Shown: positions 47,764 to 60,510, counted from the stretch's first letter. The stretch is 64,000 nucleotides of DNA from Octopus sinensis (GCF_006345805.1 NC_042997.1:20274001-20338000), one strand, 5' to 3'. Numbers and translations: made by a program. The notes: generated by a model not told the origin, from the letters alone.

Positions 47764-49023
47764 TTGGGTTGGCAACTAAGTTCCTGCCATTTTTTTAAAT
47801 TTAAATTTTTTAAAAGGTTTAATAAAAAATAACAACTAATTAATTAATAATGTATTCAACCTTGTTCTTTACAACTTCTTCCCAACGTTCAACAAGATTT
47901 TCAATACCTCATTGGTAGAAATCACCCGATTTTGATTCGAAAAATTGATCCAACCAAGCTCTCAATTCTGCATCAGTACTGAACAAAACTCTGCACATAA
48001 CATTCGAAAGAGATCAAAAGAGGGGGAAATCCATTGGTGCCAAATCAGGAGAGTACGGCAGGTGCAGCAGCACTTCCCAGCCATGCATTTGAATGGCGTC
48101 CTTGGTCATATTGGTGATATGAGGGCGGGCGTTGTCATGCAGCAGAAGAACTCCATGCTGCCGATTAGGTCTTTTCTCTTGAATAGCCGTGTTAATCGTT
48201 CCATCTGTTGAACATGGAGTTCTGCATTGACCATTATCCATAATGGATAATACCTTCCCAGTTTCACCATACACACCACATAGTTTTACGCGGATGAAGA
48301 TCTTGTTTCACATGCGGTGTCGCTTGTTTACCAGGGCTAAGCCGTTCCTTACACTGCTTCATATTGATGTACAGGCACCATTTTTCATCGTGAGTAACAA
48401 TTCAGTAAAGAAATCGTTGCTTGTGTCCATGAGTTGAGCAGTGATGAGCAAGCAAACCAGCAGAGATTGTGGCTTGTTGATTTTTGTTGTTGTCACTTAA
48501 AGCATGCGGAACCCATGCTCTATACTTCTGAACCTCTCCCATCGAGTGAAGATGCTTCTCTATAGCAGTGTGGGAGCATTCCATTTTCTCTGCCAGTCCC
48601 CTTGTCGTTTGATGAGAATTTTTGTGCAAAAGTTGGTTTAATCTCTCCTCATCGAAGTCAACTGGATAGCTAGAATGAGGTGCATCTTTGAGGTCAAAAT
48701 TTCCATTTTTGAACTTGGCATACCAATCACAAGTGGTTTTTTCAGCTATGGCACCCTCTCCATACACAGCACAAATGTTGTGAGCAGCTTTTGCAGCCTT
48801 AGAACCTTGATCAAAAGCAAAAAAGTAGATTCGAAAATGCTCAGTTTTCTTAATTTAACACTCCATTTTAATGATCTGAAAATGAACAAAAATTAACTAG
48901 AAAAAAAAAAAGATTCCAAAATGATTCAAAAATAGAATTCTCGAAAAAAATAGATTCCCAAATTTAAAAATGCAATAAATTCCAAAATTAAAAAAATTGG
49001 TGGGAACTTAGTTGCCAACCCAG
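47764..49023 (-). mobile_element. Full-length mariner (DD34D) transposon with inactivated transposase
   Basis: TIR TTGGGTTGGCAACTAAGTTCC at the left end and its near-complement at the right end; 1260 bp; TA on the left, TG on the right; ORF pieces contain WVPHAL, HDNARPH and YSPDLAP. Confidence 0.92.
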
Positions 49024-49307
49024 TGTATGATGGTTTTCAGTTGTTATATACCAAGTGTACCAATAGCTTAGGGCTAAGACAGAAGTCTCAAAGTATAACA
49101 CAGTGTGACTAAACCCAGAACCATGTGATTGGGAAGCAAACTTCTTACCTACCACACAGCTACAACTGTGTCTATAAAAGCTTATAAAAGAAAATCTAAG
49201 TCATTTCAGGTTAATTTCAATCATTTCTTTCAGCCTTACTATTGGAGCCTAGCTTGGGTTTGGATTTTGGCGGTACCAATATTATTTCAGGCTCATCACA
49301 AACAGGT

Positions 49308-49710
49308 ACTCTTTACTCTTTTACTTGTTTCAGTCATTTGACTGCGGCCATGCTGGAGCACCACCTTTAGTCGAGCAAATCGCCCCCATGACTTATTCTT
49401 TGGAAGTCTAGTGCTTATTCTATCGGTCTCTTTTGCTGAACCACTAAGTTACGGGAACGCAAACACACCAGCATTGTTTGTCAAGCAATGTTGGGGGGAC
49501 AAACACAGAAACACAAAACCATTAACACATATATACTTATATACAACAGGCTTCTTTCAGTTTTCGTCTACCAAATCCACTCACAAGGCTTTGGTCAGCC
49601 CAAGGCTATTGTAAAAGACACTTGCCCTATGTTCCACGCAATGGGACTGAACCTGAAACCATGTGGTTGGTAAACAAGCTACTTACCACACAGCCACTCC
49701 TGCGCCTATA
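49308..49710 (-). mobile_element. SINE family B, full length
   Basis: Match to 39973-40377; a decayed head fragment lies just upstream at about 49040-49170. Confidence 0.9.
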
Positions 49711-50747
49711 GGTAGCTAACTTATTTAACACAATAATTCCACAAATACGTATAATTCATTTTTTTCTGAATGGTAACTTTATTAAGTTTTAACAATGAGG
49801 GTACACCTTGTATGAGAGTAATGAATATCTATAACTTTGAATTTATAGATATTATTTTAAGTTTTAAAATAATTTGTTGGTTTCTGATTTATTTATCTTG
49901 CATAACCATTCATATTCTAACATTCTGTTTTGGTCTTGTTGTAGAAATAATGCCACTTTTCTTTCAATTGGACAGAATATCTATGAGATAAATGATTGAT
50001 TAAATTTCAGAAAATGTCCAATTCTATCTGATGGACATTAAATAAATGTGAAGACGCTCTCTCTGTTGATATTGTTCTGTTACTGAAATTTGATAAAATT
50101 TCGACATCTTTGGTAGCAAGATGGCCAAACAGACTGCTATTGGCAGATTTCAATGTGATTAATGAAGGCTGTGCAATGACCCATTCTTAAGTATCTAATC
50201 ATCAAATCTATATTGGTAGCACTGATCCATAGAAAAATCAATAACAATTTATCATTCACCAACACAGCAATATTTTAGATTCTTCTTTCCTTGTAGCTTG
50301 CTAGAATTCTGATTACACCACAAACACATTAGTTAATGCTCTCCCTTAATTTCGATTAAACAACTTGACTATTTAAAAATATGCCCCGTTATGCCTTCAT
50401 AATTTTTTTTTATTTTGAAAAATAGTTAATATTCTAATGAATATAAACTATATCTTTTGAAGTGTTTTATTTTATTTTCTTTTGAAAATTTTATGTTTCT
50501 CAAGAGGATGATTTTAATCAGATAATTTGATGTTCCCAATTGAAAGATTTTATTAGAATTCCTGTCAACAGACTTCTCAAACACATAATCACCGAAAACA
50601 AAGAAAGGTTTGGTCTCTGTTATGTTAAGATAAAATTTCTAAAAAACTTTAAATTTAATGAACAATTTAAGGTTGATAGCTGTCAAAATTATCTGATAAA
50701 TCTGACCTCAAGGGAAAAATAAAGAACTGATACTTCCTTGTGTTTGT

Positions 50748-50922
50748 ATTATCATCATCATCATTATTATTATCATGATTATTATTATTATTATTATCAT
50801 TATTGTTATTATTATTATTATTATTATTGTTATTGTTATTATTGTTATTATTATTATTATTACTATCATTATTATTATTATTACTATCATTATTATTATT
50901 ATTGTTATTGTTATTATTATTG

Positions 50923-50956
<34 letters not shown>

Positions 50957-51035
50957 TATTATTATTACTATCATTATTATTATTATTACTATCATTATTA
51001 TTATTATTATTATTATTAGTTGTAGTAGTAGTAGT
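50748..51035. repeat. (ATT)n compound microsatellite
   Basis: About 290 bp of ATT/ATC/GTT/ACT triplets. Confidence 0.95.
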
Positions 51036-51837
51036 AGTGGCTCAAGAAGATTTTTGCTGTTGTATTTGTAGTTAGTAGATTTCTTTTCTTTTTTGCATTT
51101 GCTCTTTTCATTGCATATAATGTAATTGTATTAAATAGTGAAATAAACTTTTTTTTTTTTAACCTACACATTAACTTCAAATTTGTAAAGAAATGAAAAA
51201 TGTGAGACATAATATTCCTGTTATTTGTAAGAGAATTACCTATAAATATTAGGGGAATTATTCCAACTAGAAATCAGAAGAATGTTGCGGAATCTCTCCA
51301 CCCAGAAATGCCTGCAACAGGCTTAAATAATAAAACAACAAAACCAACATAATTATCAACAATAACAAGAACAGCAATAATGATACAAGAAATGGGATCT
51401 ATTAGCTGCTTTATGTTCTTTTTAGCTTTTCTGTTTATCTTTTATCTTTTATCTGTTTCAGTTATAGGATTGCAGCCATGCTGTAGCAGTGTCTTGAAGG
51501 CTTTAGTCAAACAAATCAACACCAGTATTTATTTTATAAAATATCATATTTATTTAATTGGTCTGTTTTGCTAAATCACTAATTTACAGTAACTTAAACA
51601 AACTAACGCTTGTTGTCAAATAGTGGGGTTGAGGTACAAATACACACACATATGCACGCGGTACAAAAATGAAAAATAAAACATGAGGACATAGTAAAAG
51701 ACACAAGCAACCAAGGTGTATTAAATTTATGTTCAGGATAATAGGAAGAACTCTTTCATGTTTTGAGCCAATGCTTTTCTACAGAAAGGATAGTAGATGA
51801 GGAGAGAGAAAACAGAGAAAAGAACAAGCAGGTTTTG

Positions 51838-52428
51838 TATTTCTTTACTGCACACAAGAGGCTACACACGGAGGGGACAAACAAGGACAGACAAATGGAT
51901 TAAGTCGATTATATCGACCCCAGTGCATAACTGGTACTTATTTAATTGACCTCGAAAGGATGAAAGGTAATGTCAACCTTGGTGGAATTTTAACTCAGAA
52001 TGTAGCAGCAGACGAAATACCGATTTCTTTACTGCCCACAAGGGGCTACACACAGAGGACAAACAAGGACAGACAAATGGATTAAGTCGATTATATCGAC
52101 CCCAGTGCATAACTGGTACTTATTTAATTGACCTCGAATGGATGAAAGGCAAAGACAACCTCGGTGGAATTTTAACTCAGAATGTAGCAGCAGACAAAAT
52201 ACCGATTTCTTTACTGCCCACAAGGGGCTACACACAGAGAGGACAAACAAGGACAGACAAACGGATTAAGTCGATTATATCGACCTCAGTGCATAACTGG
52301 TACTTATTTAATTGACCTCGAAAGGATGAAAGGCAAAGTTGACCTTGGCGGAATTTGAACTCAGAACGTAGCGGTAGACGAAATGCAGCTAACCATTTCG
52401 CCCGGCATGCTAACGCTTCTGCCAGCTC
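51838..52428 (-). mobile_element. SINE family A trimer (one head plus three bodies) with a single TSD
   Basis: Junctions at about 52022 and 52204; ACAGAGAAAAGAACAAGCA at 51812-51830 and 52429-52447. Confidence 0.9.
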
Positions 52429-54870
52429 ACAGAGAAAAGAACAAGCATGTTTCTATTAGATGAATTAGCTTCCACACAGTTTCTGTCCACCAAATTCACT
52501 TACAAAACTTTGTTCAGCAGGAGGTGGGGGCTATAGTAGAAGACACTTACCCAAAGTGCCACACAGTGGGACTGAACCTGATATCACATGTAAAGCAAGC
52601 TTCTTGACCACACAGCAATGCCTGCACCTATATCTTCAGTTTTCTCTGTTCTTCTCTTTCTCCTATATCATTCTCTCCTCATTCTCTTTGCAGGAGAAAA
52701 ATTTATTTAATTATTTTTCTTACATTTATCCACGTGTTAATAGGATTTCAAATGTAACAGATCACACCTGTGTATTTCAGCTCCAGCCTTCTGTTTCAAT
52801 TCTCCATACAAATGAACATTCCGGCAGTTTTCTCATCTACTTAGGAAAATGATATTGAAACTTGAAACTGAATCTCTGCAGTCACTCTTGTGGACATATG
52901 ATTGCTCTTGAAGGTCATGCATGCAAACCAAATTGTGAACATTACAGCTGCTGATGTTGCCAGCAATTTTGTTTAAAGTATTATTGATTTTAACCTAGCC
53001 ACATTTCCAACAGGTAGAGGGCGCTTGTGAGAAATTAATGGCTAAACTTCCATTATTTGATATTGGTACTTTGAATATTTGCAGAAAATTAGGCGACAAC
53101 TATAATATTGGTGATAATGTAATTGTGGTAATGATAATGTATTTTTGTTCCCCTCTGTGTATTTATTCAACAGAATATACCTATAATATTTAAATGGATA
53201 TTTGTAACTACCATGTTTGATTTGGTTGCTTGACCCCATAAATATGATTTTATAGTATTTCTGTTTAGCCTCAATTAATGCCTGCTTGATAGGATAAATT
53301 TATCTTCCCCTATATAATATTATCTTACATGCACTGTTTTATTCCCAAAATGGATATTTACTTTCAGAATATATGACTTTGACATGACTGTTGTTCTAAA
53401 TAGGTTCCCATTAAAAAACAAAAAAAAAAGAAACCGAATTAAAAAAAAAAAACAGATGCAAGGAATTTGTTATTAAGGATTTTTACATTTCTGAGATGGA
53501 ACAACTGATATAAAAAATATACTATTGCAACCTTCCCCTTCCATTTACATAGTTGGTAATATACCCCTAAATGGCAGAAATTAGATAGATTTTTAAAAGA
53601 TATCCAAAAGTGCCTCAATAAAAGGCACAAAACAGTATTGTTTGTAAATTCAGAAGAGAAAGTAAGAGAGAGAGAGAGAGAGAGAGAAAGACTTATGTAG
53701 TTGAGGCAAAAGAGTTGACACAGGCCACAAATAATGTTAAGTGCTTTGACAAATGTATTATAATAATTGTGATACATTATAATATAAATGTAGAACTTAA
53801 ATCCTTGTTTTAAGTAAAGGAAAAAAAAAGATATAGCATCTCTGCTGCTCTTTAAACTTTCAATGTTGCTGTGCAACTTTTGATACATCTACTCTCGTTT
53901 ATCATGGGAGTTTGGTTTTTAAAATAACACAATGATAAATTAATAATGATAAAGGAATCATTGCCCTTTTTGTAAATGGAACAAATGTAGATTTATCAAC
54001 ACCAAACTTGCAGCCAACAGTAGCAAAGTTTCCATTATCTAGAATTTTTTAAAACATTTCTACCTTTACCAGGAGAGAATACATTTATCTGCATCATTTG
54101 TTGGGATTAGGCACCTTCATATTTTTTTTTCTGTTCACTGGTTCCATGTCCATGGATATAAGTGTGTAAATCTATATGAAAGTTACATAGCTTCACAGCA
54201 TCATCATGTACATACAAGTGATAGTCCATATATTCTGAGTAGCTTAACATTGTAGATTATTGCTGTGGTGTGTTTTGTAGTACAAGCAAAAGCCTCAACT
54301 GATTGCTGACCCATGATAAGCATAACATGGTCCACAGTTGAATGTACTGTGTCCTCCCAGATCAGCAATGAATGAATCAGTGATAAACAAGACTACATGT
54401 TCTTGCTTTTCAGATCTGTGAGCAACTGTATAGATTAGAAGATATCTTCAGCAAAAATTTGCCTTGTCTAGTTTAGTTTCAAATTATTCCGAGTTCTTAT
54501 ATAGTAAAGACATTTTGATCTCTCCAAGTTAGAGAAAATGAATAATAATATTAATTCAAATAAACAATTCTCTAGCTTAAACTGCCTTTGTGATAGGTTA
54601 ACAAAATAATAATGTTTGTATATACATAATAACTCTAGTTATTAGCTGCAAAATCAACCTTTTCAAAGTCAGATTTGATATGATAATTTTCTTGTTTATT
54701 GATTACCATAATATAAAATATAGCCACCATCTGACTATGAATTTTGTACATAATATTAAGAATATCAAAATTATTTATCAAGATTACAGCTTAAGTATCC
54801 AATTCCTTTATAATATCACAATTAACAATTATCACAATTAACATTAATATCACAATTAACATTGTTTGTA

Positions 54871-55020
54871 CAGGGGTTGGCTGAAAAGTTCATTGACTGA
54901 CCAAGATACTCTCATGAAATGTGACCAAATGAGTTTTAACTTTCAGTATAGTCTCCCTTGTAGTTCACACAATTCTTCTATAGGTGTTGCAGTGCTTGGA
55001 TTCCATTGGTGAAGAAGGTT
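54871..55020. mobile_element. Terminal remnant of a mariner-like element
   Basis: TA|CAGGGGTTGGCTGAAAAGTTC resembles irritans-type mariner TIRs; no partner TIR seen. Confidence 0.4.
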
Positions 55021-55399
55021 TTTTCCTGTTGGTAAAAAAAAAATGCCTTTTGTACTCACTAAAATGAGGCCATCACCTTCCCTGCAGATGAAATGATCTT
55101 GACTTTTATATCTTTATATGTACTTTGAGAACTAATTTTAATATATATAAAGAATGTTCAGGTGAAATTTGACGATTTTTATGTTTTCTTTTTTTCCTGA
55201 ACAGCTTCATGTATTGGTGGACAATCAACAGTGTTGGAAAGCATAAAGATTAAAGTTGTTGTTGAGAAAAAGTTAGCTAACATGGAGGACTGAGAGTTAT
55301 CTGAATAGAGGAAAAGAGTTGCCTGTATTATGATGATGTGCACTAAGTGTCAAAATGATGACTTCATGACTGCTACTCAATGCTCTGTGAACACTTTAA

Positions 55400-55905
55400 A
55401 GGCTGTAAGACACAATATGGACAGCTTGAACTGAGACTACGATGTCCCAACAAGCAGGGAGGTGATGGTCTTCGGGTGTGACTCCAGTAAGGGTAATGTC
55501 ATGCCACCTCCCATGTTTAACAGGGCCTTAGGCTTAATTTATACAGGTATGTAAAGCTGCTGAGGTTGTTGTCCAACCGTAGTTGAAGGACAGTTGCTGC
55601 CGGAAGGCCATATGTGTGGCAGCAGGATTTGGCTCTTTGTCATACCTCTAGAATGATTCACAAGTGATCATCGAAGAATTTACACAACTCCACCAGCCTC
55701 AGTTTCTGGCTTCTTAATTGTAATCACATGGATTAATATGTGTGGGGCATAGTTGAGAAAGACACCAACTACTCTGTCTGTCTGAAACACCAAAGCCAAA
55801 CTGATGACCAAGATCAAGGATGTGTTTGAAGGGGAATGCAAGCACAAGGTTCTGAAGCCACCTTGAGACCGTGGTGGAAGCTGACAGGAGCTACTTGGAG
55901 TAAAA
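55400..55905 (+). pseudogene. Tc1/mariner-superfamily transposase catalytic remnant, probably DD37D (maT)
   Basis: VMVFGC..GNVMPP, GRPYVWQQD..CHTS..W..CNHMD*YVWG; 34 residues between the last two Asp with the usual SPD tripeptide missing, so 37 if restored. Confidence 0.7.
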
Positions 55906-56320
55906 TACTATCTCCCAACAGTAATTTAGTTAATATTCTTGATTTTTAAAACATTTCTTTGGCATGGGATATTTTTTTTACTTTCCTTTTTATACTGTCA
56001 AATTTTACCCAACACCCTGTGTACATACATACATACATGGATGCATGCATGCATACATACATACATGTATACATACATACACACATACATACATATGTAT
56101 GTATGTATGTATGTATTTATGCATACATACATATACATAAATACGTATGTAAATGTAAGCATACATACATATGTATGTACATACATGCATGTACATACAT
56201 ACATACATTGAGAAAAGTTTCAGAAAAAATTCCAGGTATGAATTATGAATATATCTATTCCAACATAAAACTTCTGTGCACTTTCCTTCTTGTTACAATT
56301 TTTACAACACAAATACACAG

Positions 56321-56356
<36 letters not shown>

Positions 56357-56484
56357 ACATGCACATACACATAGACTCAAACTTTCATCTCTCTCCAGCA
56401 GACACAAAGACACACCTCCAGTACTCTTCCCCCACCTCTCAAAGGAACTTTATCAGACAAGTTAATTGGTAATCTCATCGGTTA

Positions 56485-56765
56485 TGGTTCCACATAAAAA
56501 GCACCCAGCCTACTCTGTTAAGCAGGTGGCATTAGGAAGGACATCCAGCTAAAAAACCCTGCCAAAACAGACCTAACCAGTGATGGTGCCACATGAAAAG
56601 TGCCCGGTCCACTCTGTAAAAGGGTTGGCATTAGCAAGGGCATCCAGCCATAAAAACAATGCTGAAACAGGCAGTGGAGCTTGGTGCAGTCCTCTTGCTT
56701 GCTAGCTCCTGTCAAGTCATCCAACTCATGCCTCTGTGGAAAATGGACATTAAAGGATGATGTTA
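56485..56765 (+). mobile_element. Degenerate RTE 3' tail with internal duplication
   Basis: Two copies of CTCTGT..GGCATTAG(G/C)AAGGGCATCCAGC, ending AAATGGACATTAAAGGATGATG. Confidence 0.7.
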
Positions 56766-56874
56766 ATGATATATATATATATGTGTGTGTGTGTACATAT
56801 ATATATGTATGTATGTATGTATCTATATATATCTATCTACTTGTAGCTCTCTCACTCTCTCTCTCTCTCTCTCC

Positions 56875-56914
<40 letters not shown>

Positions 56915-56958
56915 CAATAATAAATCTCTGAACGAGATATAAACAGTAACCGCTCAAC

Positions 56959-57331
56959 AACGTAAAGTGTACTAGCCATCTGAATGTGGCTAGCCACTGG
57001 GGGTGGGGTGTTACTGATGCTTTTAGCCCCAGGCGATCAACGTCACCAGATGGACTTTAGACACAATCTCAGTGTCCTTGTGTTATTTGCAAAGGGAGGT
57101 CATCCTCCCTCGAAAACCATGCGTTGATGAGAGGCAATTACCTTGAAACTATAGTCCGTATGTAGCACTTAGGTTTTCGAGGGAGGATGACCTCCCTTTG
57201 CAAATAACACAAGGGCACTGAAATTGTGTCTAAAGTCCATCTGGTGACGTTGATCGCCTGGGGCTAAAAGCATCAGTAACACCCCACCCCCAGTGGCTAG
57301 CCACATTCAGATGGCTAGTACACCTTACGTT
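56959..57331. repeat. Near-perfect long inverted repeat (160-bp arms, 53-nt loop); probable inverted Penelope-like terminal repeat
   Basis: 56959-57118 is the reverse complement of 57172-57331 with 3 transition mismatches; (AT)n on both flanks. Confidence 0.95.
57118..57162 (+). ncRNA. Minimal type I hammerhead ribozyme motif (U3 variant)
   Basis: CAUGCG-UUGAUGA-GAGG caauua CCUU-GAAAC-UAUA-GUC-CGUAUG: 6-bp stem I (one GU), stem II, GAAA, palindromic ACUAUAGU stem III, GUC cleavage triplet ending at 57156. C3 is U and pair 10.1-11.1 is GU. Confidence 0.7.
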
Positions 57332-57830
57332 ATATATATATAATAAGAAGTAAAAGGCATTAATAAATCCAGGCAATTATCTATAAGGCACTCAGTGTGA
57401 AACGAATTTGTTTAACTATATCAAGCAATTAGATACAAATAAATTTGAATAGAATTAACATCCAAGGTAATTCTTCATGTATGACAAGTAGATCCAAATA
57501 TTGCTTGAAAGAATTTCAAATAATAAAGTGTATAAGGCAAGAACAAGAATGGAGAAAATTATGTCTTTTACTGGTGATTACACCAAGCATTATCGACGAT
57601 CGTTTCTATTGTACCTACATATTTAGATATAGAAAAAAAGGAACAAATCACCAGTCAAATTAGTATATGCTAATGTAACATTATCAAGGCCATCTAAATT
57701 GGGTTAAATTCAAAGTGAATTAGGAAAATATCTCTAATAGATGAATACATACAAAAAGAACTTTAAGAAGAAATATATTCTAAGAAAAGCCATGAAATCA
57801 GTAGATAACAAAATAATAAAAAAGAAAACA

Positions 57831-57897
57831 GAAATTCTATGTCAGGACAATTAAAAACTGAAATTCTATGTCAGGACAATTAAAAACTGAAATTCTA
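57831..57897. repeat. 29-bp tandem repeat x2.3
   Basis: GAAATTCTATGTCAGGACAATTAAAAACT twice plus a partial third unit. Confidence 0.9.
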
Positions 57898-58029
57898 CAT
57901 CACAACAATTAGTTATCTATCAAATATGCTAAAACTTTTTTTTAGAAACATTATACATATTGGATTATAGGAAAAGTAATTATAATTAAGGGCTTATTTA
58001 TTACTGAAATATTTAAATGTTTTTCTATA

Positions 58030-58310
58030 TTTAGGAGAACATTTCAAAATTACTGCTACAGTTTAATAATAGTAATTTAGAAGTAATTATGTAATACATT
58101 TCCTCAAAGTAATGATCACATTTAAAATTACAAGTATTGTATGATGGTGCATAACTAATAATGAACCACTTTATATCATAGTTAATATTACTGTCTTTTA
58201 AATCCCAAATGCATTTAGCATGATTCATATGTAATAATATTATAATCTCCTGTTATGACCTTACATTGCTACATTATATTCTTCCAAAGGACAAACAATT
58301 TTGTGTTTTT
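58030..58310 (-). pseudogene. Penelope-like GIY-YIG endonuclease C-terminal remnant
   Basis: CPLE..NV..., then HAKCIWDLKDSNINYDIKWFIISYAPSYNTCNFKCDHYFEE..IITSK..LLN, resembling LSKYIWxLK..Y.I.W.I..A..Y..C.LCL.EK of PLE ORFs. Confidence 0.7.
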
Positions 58311-59079
58311 GAGATTAAAAAGGCATTTATTCACTTGTATGTGGTGCATATGGTTAAAGGAATTAGCACAAAACCTTCTCTTAGAAGCAGGTGTTAAGGC
58401 AGGATTATTAACAAAATCCTCCATAAACTAGAAACCTCCAAAAAGTATTGCCTTTACCAGAATTAGAAACCCTGTGAAAGACAATCATGCATTATGAATG
58501 TATGATGCAACGCTAAGGAAAGAACAGGAATATCATCATCATCATCATCATCATCATTTAATGCCCTCCTTCCATACTAGCATGGGTTAGATGGTTTGAC
58601 AGGAGCTGAACAGACAGGAACCTACACCAGAAAATTAATTCAAACACCCTATAATGTGCCATGTAATTTTTCTCAAAAGTTTAGATGAAGAATGAAGAAA
58701 CAGAAGTTGTTAAACTGTATTGAACCAAAATTCTGAATTCCATCATAAAGGCTTCCCCATGGATTGATTTTGAAATGCTGTTTAATCAGTGCCAAATTGA
58801 GACAATGTAATAAAATTTAATATGACATGATCAAATCTCCAGTGCATGATATAACTACAGTTCTTATATTTTCATGTTAAAACTATTTATGATATTGCAT
58901 CTTCACACAGAAGTCTGAAAATATGAAAATATTTTAAAATTGCTGAGTTTCTGGTTACAGACAGAAACTTTACAACCCAAGGCACATTGAAACAAATTCT
59001 TAAGTAGCATATAGTCTAAATCGATATGGTTTGCTTCACAATAAACTAATCTAATACAATACAAGATCAAATAAAAGAA

Positions 59080-59250
59080 ATGTTAGTGATGCAAATACAA
59101 GAAAACAAAGCAGGAAGAAATAAAGTTGAATACAACTTTAAGAAAAGTATTGGAAAAACTCTTCCAGTTTGATAAATATCTCTCTGGAATAGCGAAATAA
59201 ACTTTATAGATGAAGCAACATGATAAAAATTATATCTACTGACAGCTTTT
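59080..59250 (+). pseudogene. Possible Penelope-like RT-to-endonuclease linker remnant
   Basis: IGKTL..DKYL..RNKLYR..NMIKII across frameshifts resembles IGKxFLxLIDKHF..KL.KIFNRNTIKISYS. Confidence 0.4.
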
Positions 59251-60099
59251 CTCATCTCATACCATCTACAATTATGTGATAAGTTTTGTAATATACATTA
59301 TGACTTTAAAGAACTTGACATGAGAGAAAGGAAACATTGAAAGACCAAGAAAACAAAGAGAAAATGGGAGCCTAATGTGAGCGCTTAGTTAATATATCAT
59401 CACATCAAACTTGATAAGAATGTTCCTAATGATCGAGGAAGTTACAGAGTTATTTATTTCTATAGTTTTCCTGAAATCTATAATTTCTCAGGAATTCCTT
59501 GATTTACTCAACACACACTAAAGAATGAATGATTAATTTGTAACTGAAGAAGAAAAAAACATATTTAATGGAAGAGAGTAATGATTTCAAGCTAATCAAA
59601 ATGATTATAAACAAATCGTTGGCCCCCCTTTAATTAAGTTACTTTTCAAGTTTCTTCTCTCTCTTGTACCTCTTTCCCTCCATCTTCCTTTTCCTCATCA
59701 TCATTTTGAACATCCATTTTTCCATGTTTGCTTGAATCAGACAGAGTTTTACTGAGGCAAATTTTTCTACTCCTCACTTTCTCTGCTGTATTGATATCCC
59801 TTGTTCCCTAATATCATCTATCCTCACCTTACTCTCCACCATTCTCACCCCAATCCTCTCAGTGCTTGAGCCCCAGTAAAATGCTCACTGTATACTCTGT
59901 ACACTCTGTAGGGTTGGTCAGACCTTTAGTCTATCAACAATGTCTGTAATGTTGATGCCATGGAAAGATTCACCCAATTTATTTTGTAAAGTGGTTGGTA
60001 TCAGAAAGGACACCAGACGGTATAAGCCAAATTCTAAAAATTACATTTACAGTGAGATGTAGCCCACCAACCCATCTAGATGTGTTTAATCAATGTGAA

Positions 60100-60510
60100 C
60101 ATCATCATCATCATCGTCGTCGTCGTCATCGTCATTTAACGTCCGCTTTCTATGCTGGCATGGCTGGAAGGTTTGACTGAGGGCTGGCAAGCCAGAAGGC
60201 TGCACTAGGCTCCAATCTGATCTGGCAAAGTTTCTACAGCTGGATGCCCTTCCTAATGCCAACCACTCCGAGAGTGTAGTGAGTTCTTTTTATGTACCAG
60301 GGTTAGTCAGGCAATACTGGCATCGACCACGCTTGAATGGGGCATTTTATATACCACTGGCACAGGACCGGTCAGGAGGCACTGGCATTTACCACGTTCA
60401 AATGGTGCTTTTTACATGCTACCAGCATGGAAACCAGTCAAGCAGCCCTGGCAATGACTACCCTCGAATGGTGCTTTTAAGTACCACTGGCACGGGACCA
60501 GTCATGGAAG
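60100..60510 (-). mobile_element. RTE 3'UTR/tail with four decayed hairpin units
   Basis: Matches 43420-43800. Confidence 0.85.

Noticed and set aside
51745-51790. Decayed hammerhead-like string on the minus strand (CUGUAGA..GCUCAAAAC)
   Set aside because: Core positions A6 and G12 are altered and the stems are broken; at best a relic.
54414-54476. Strong plus-strand acceptor followed by ICEQLYRLEDIFSKNLPCLV*
   Set aside because: Only 20 codons, no recognisable homology, and no supporting upstream exon; expected by chance in 64 kb.
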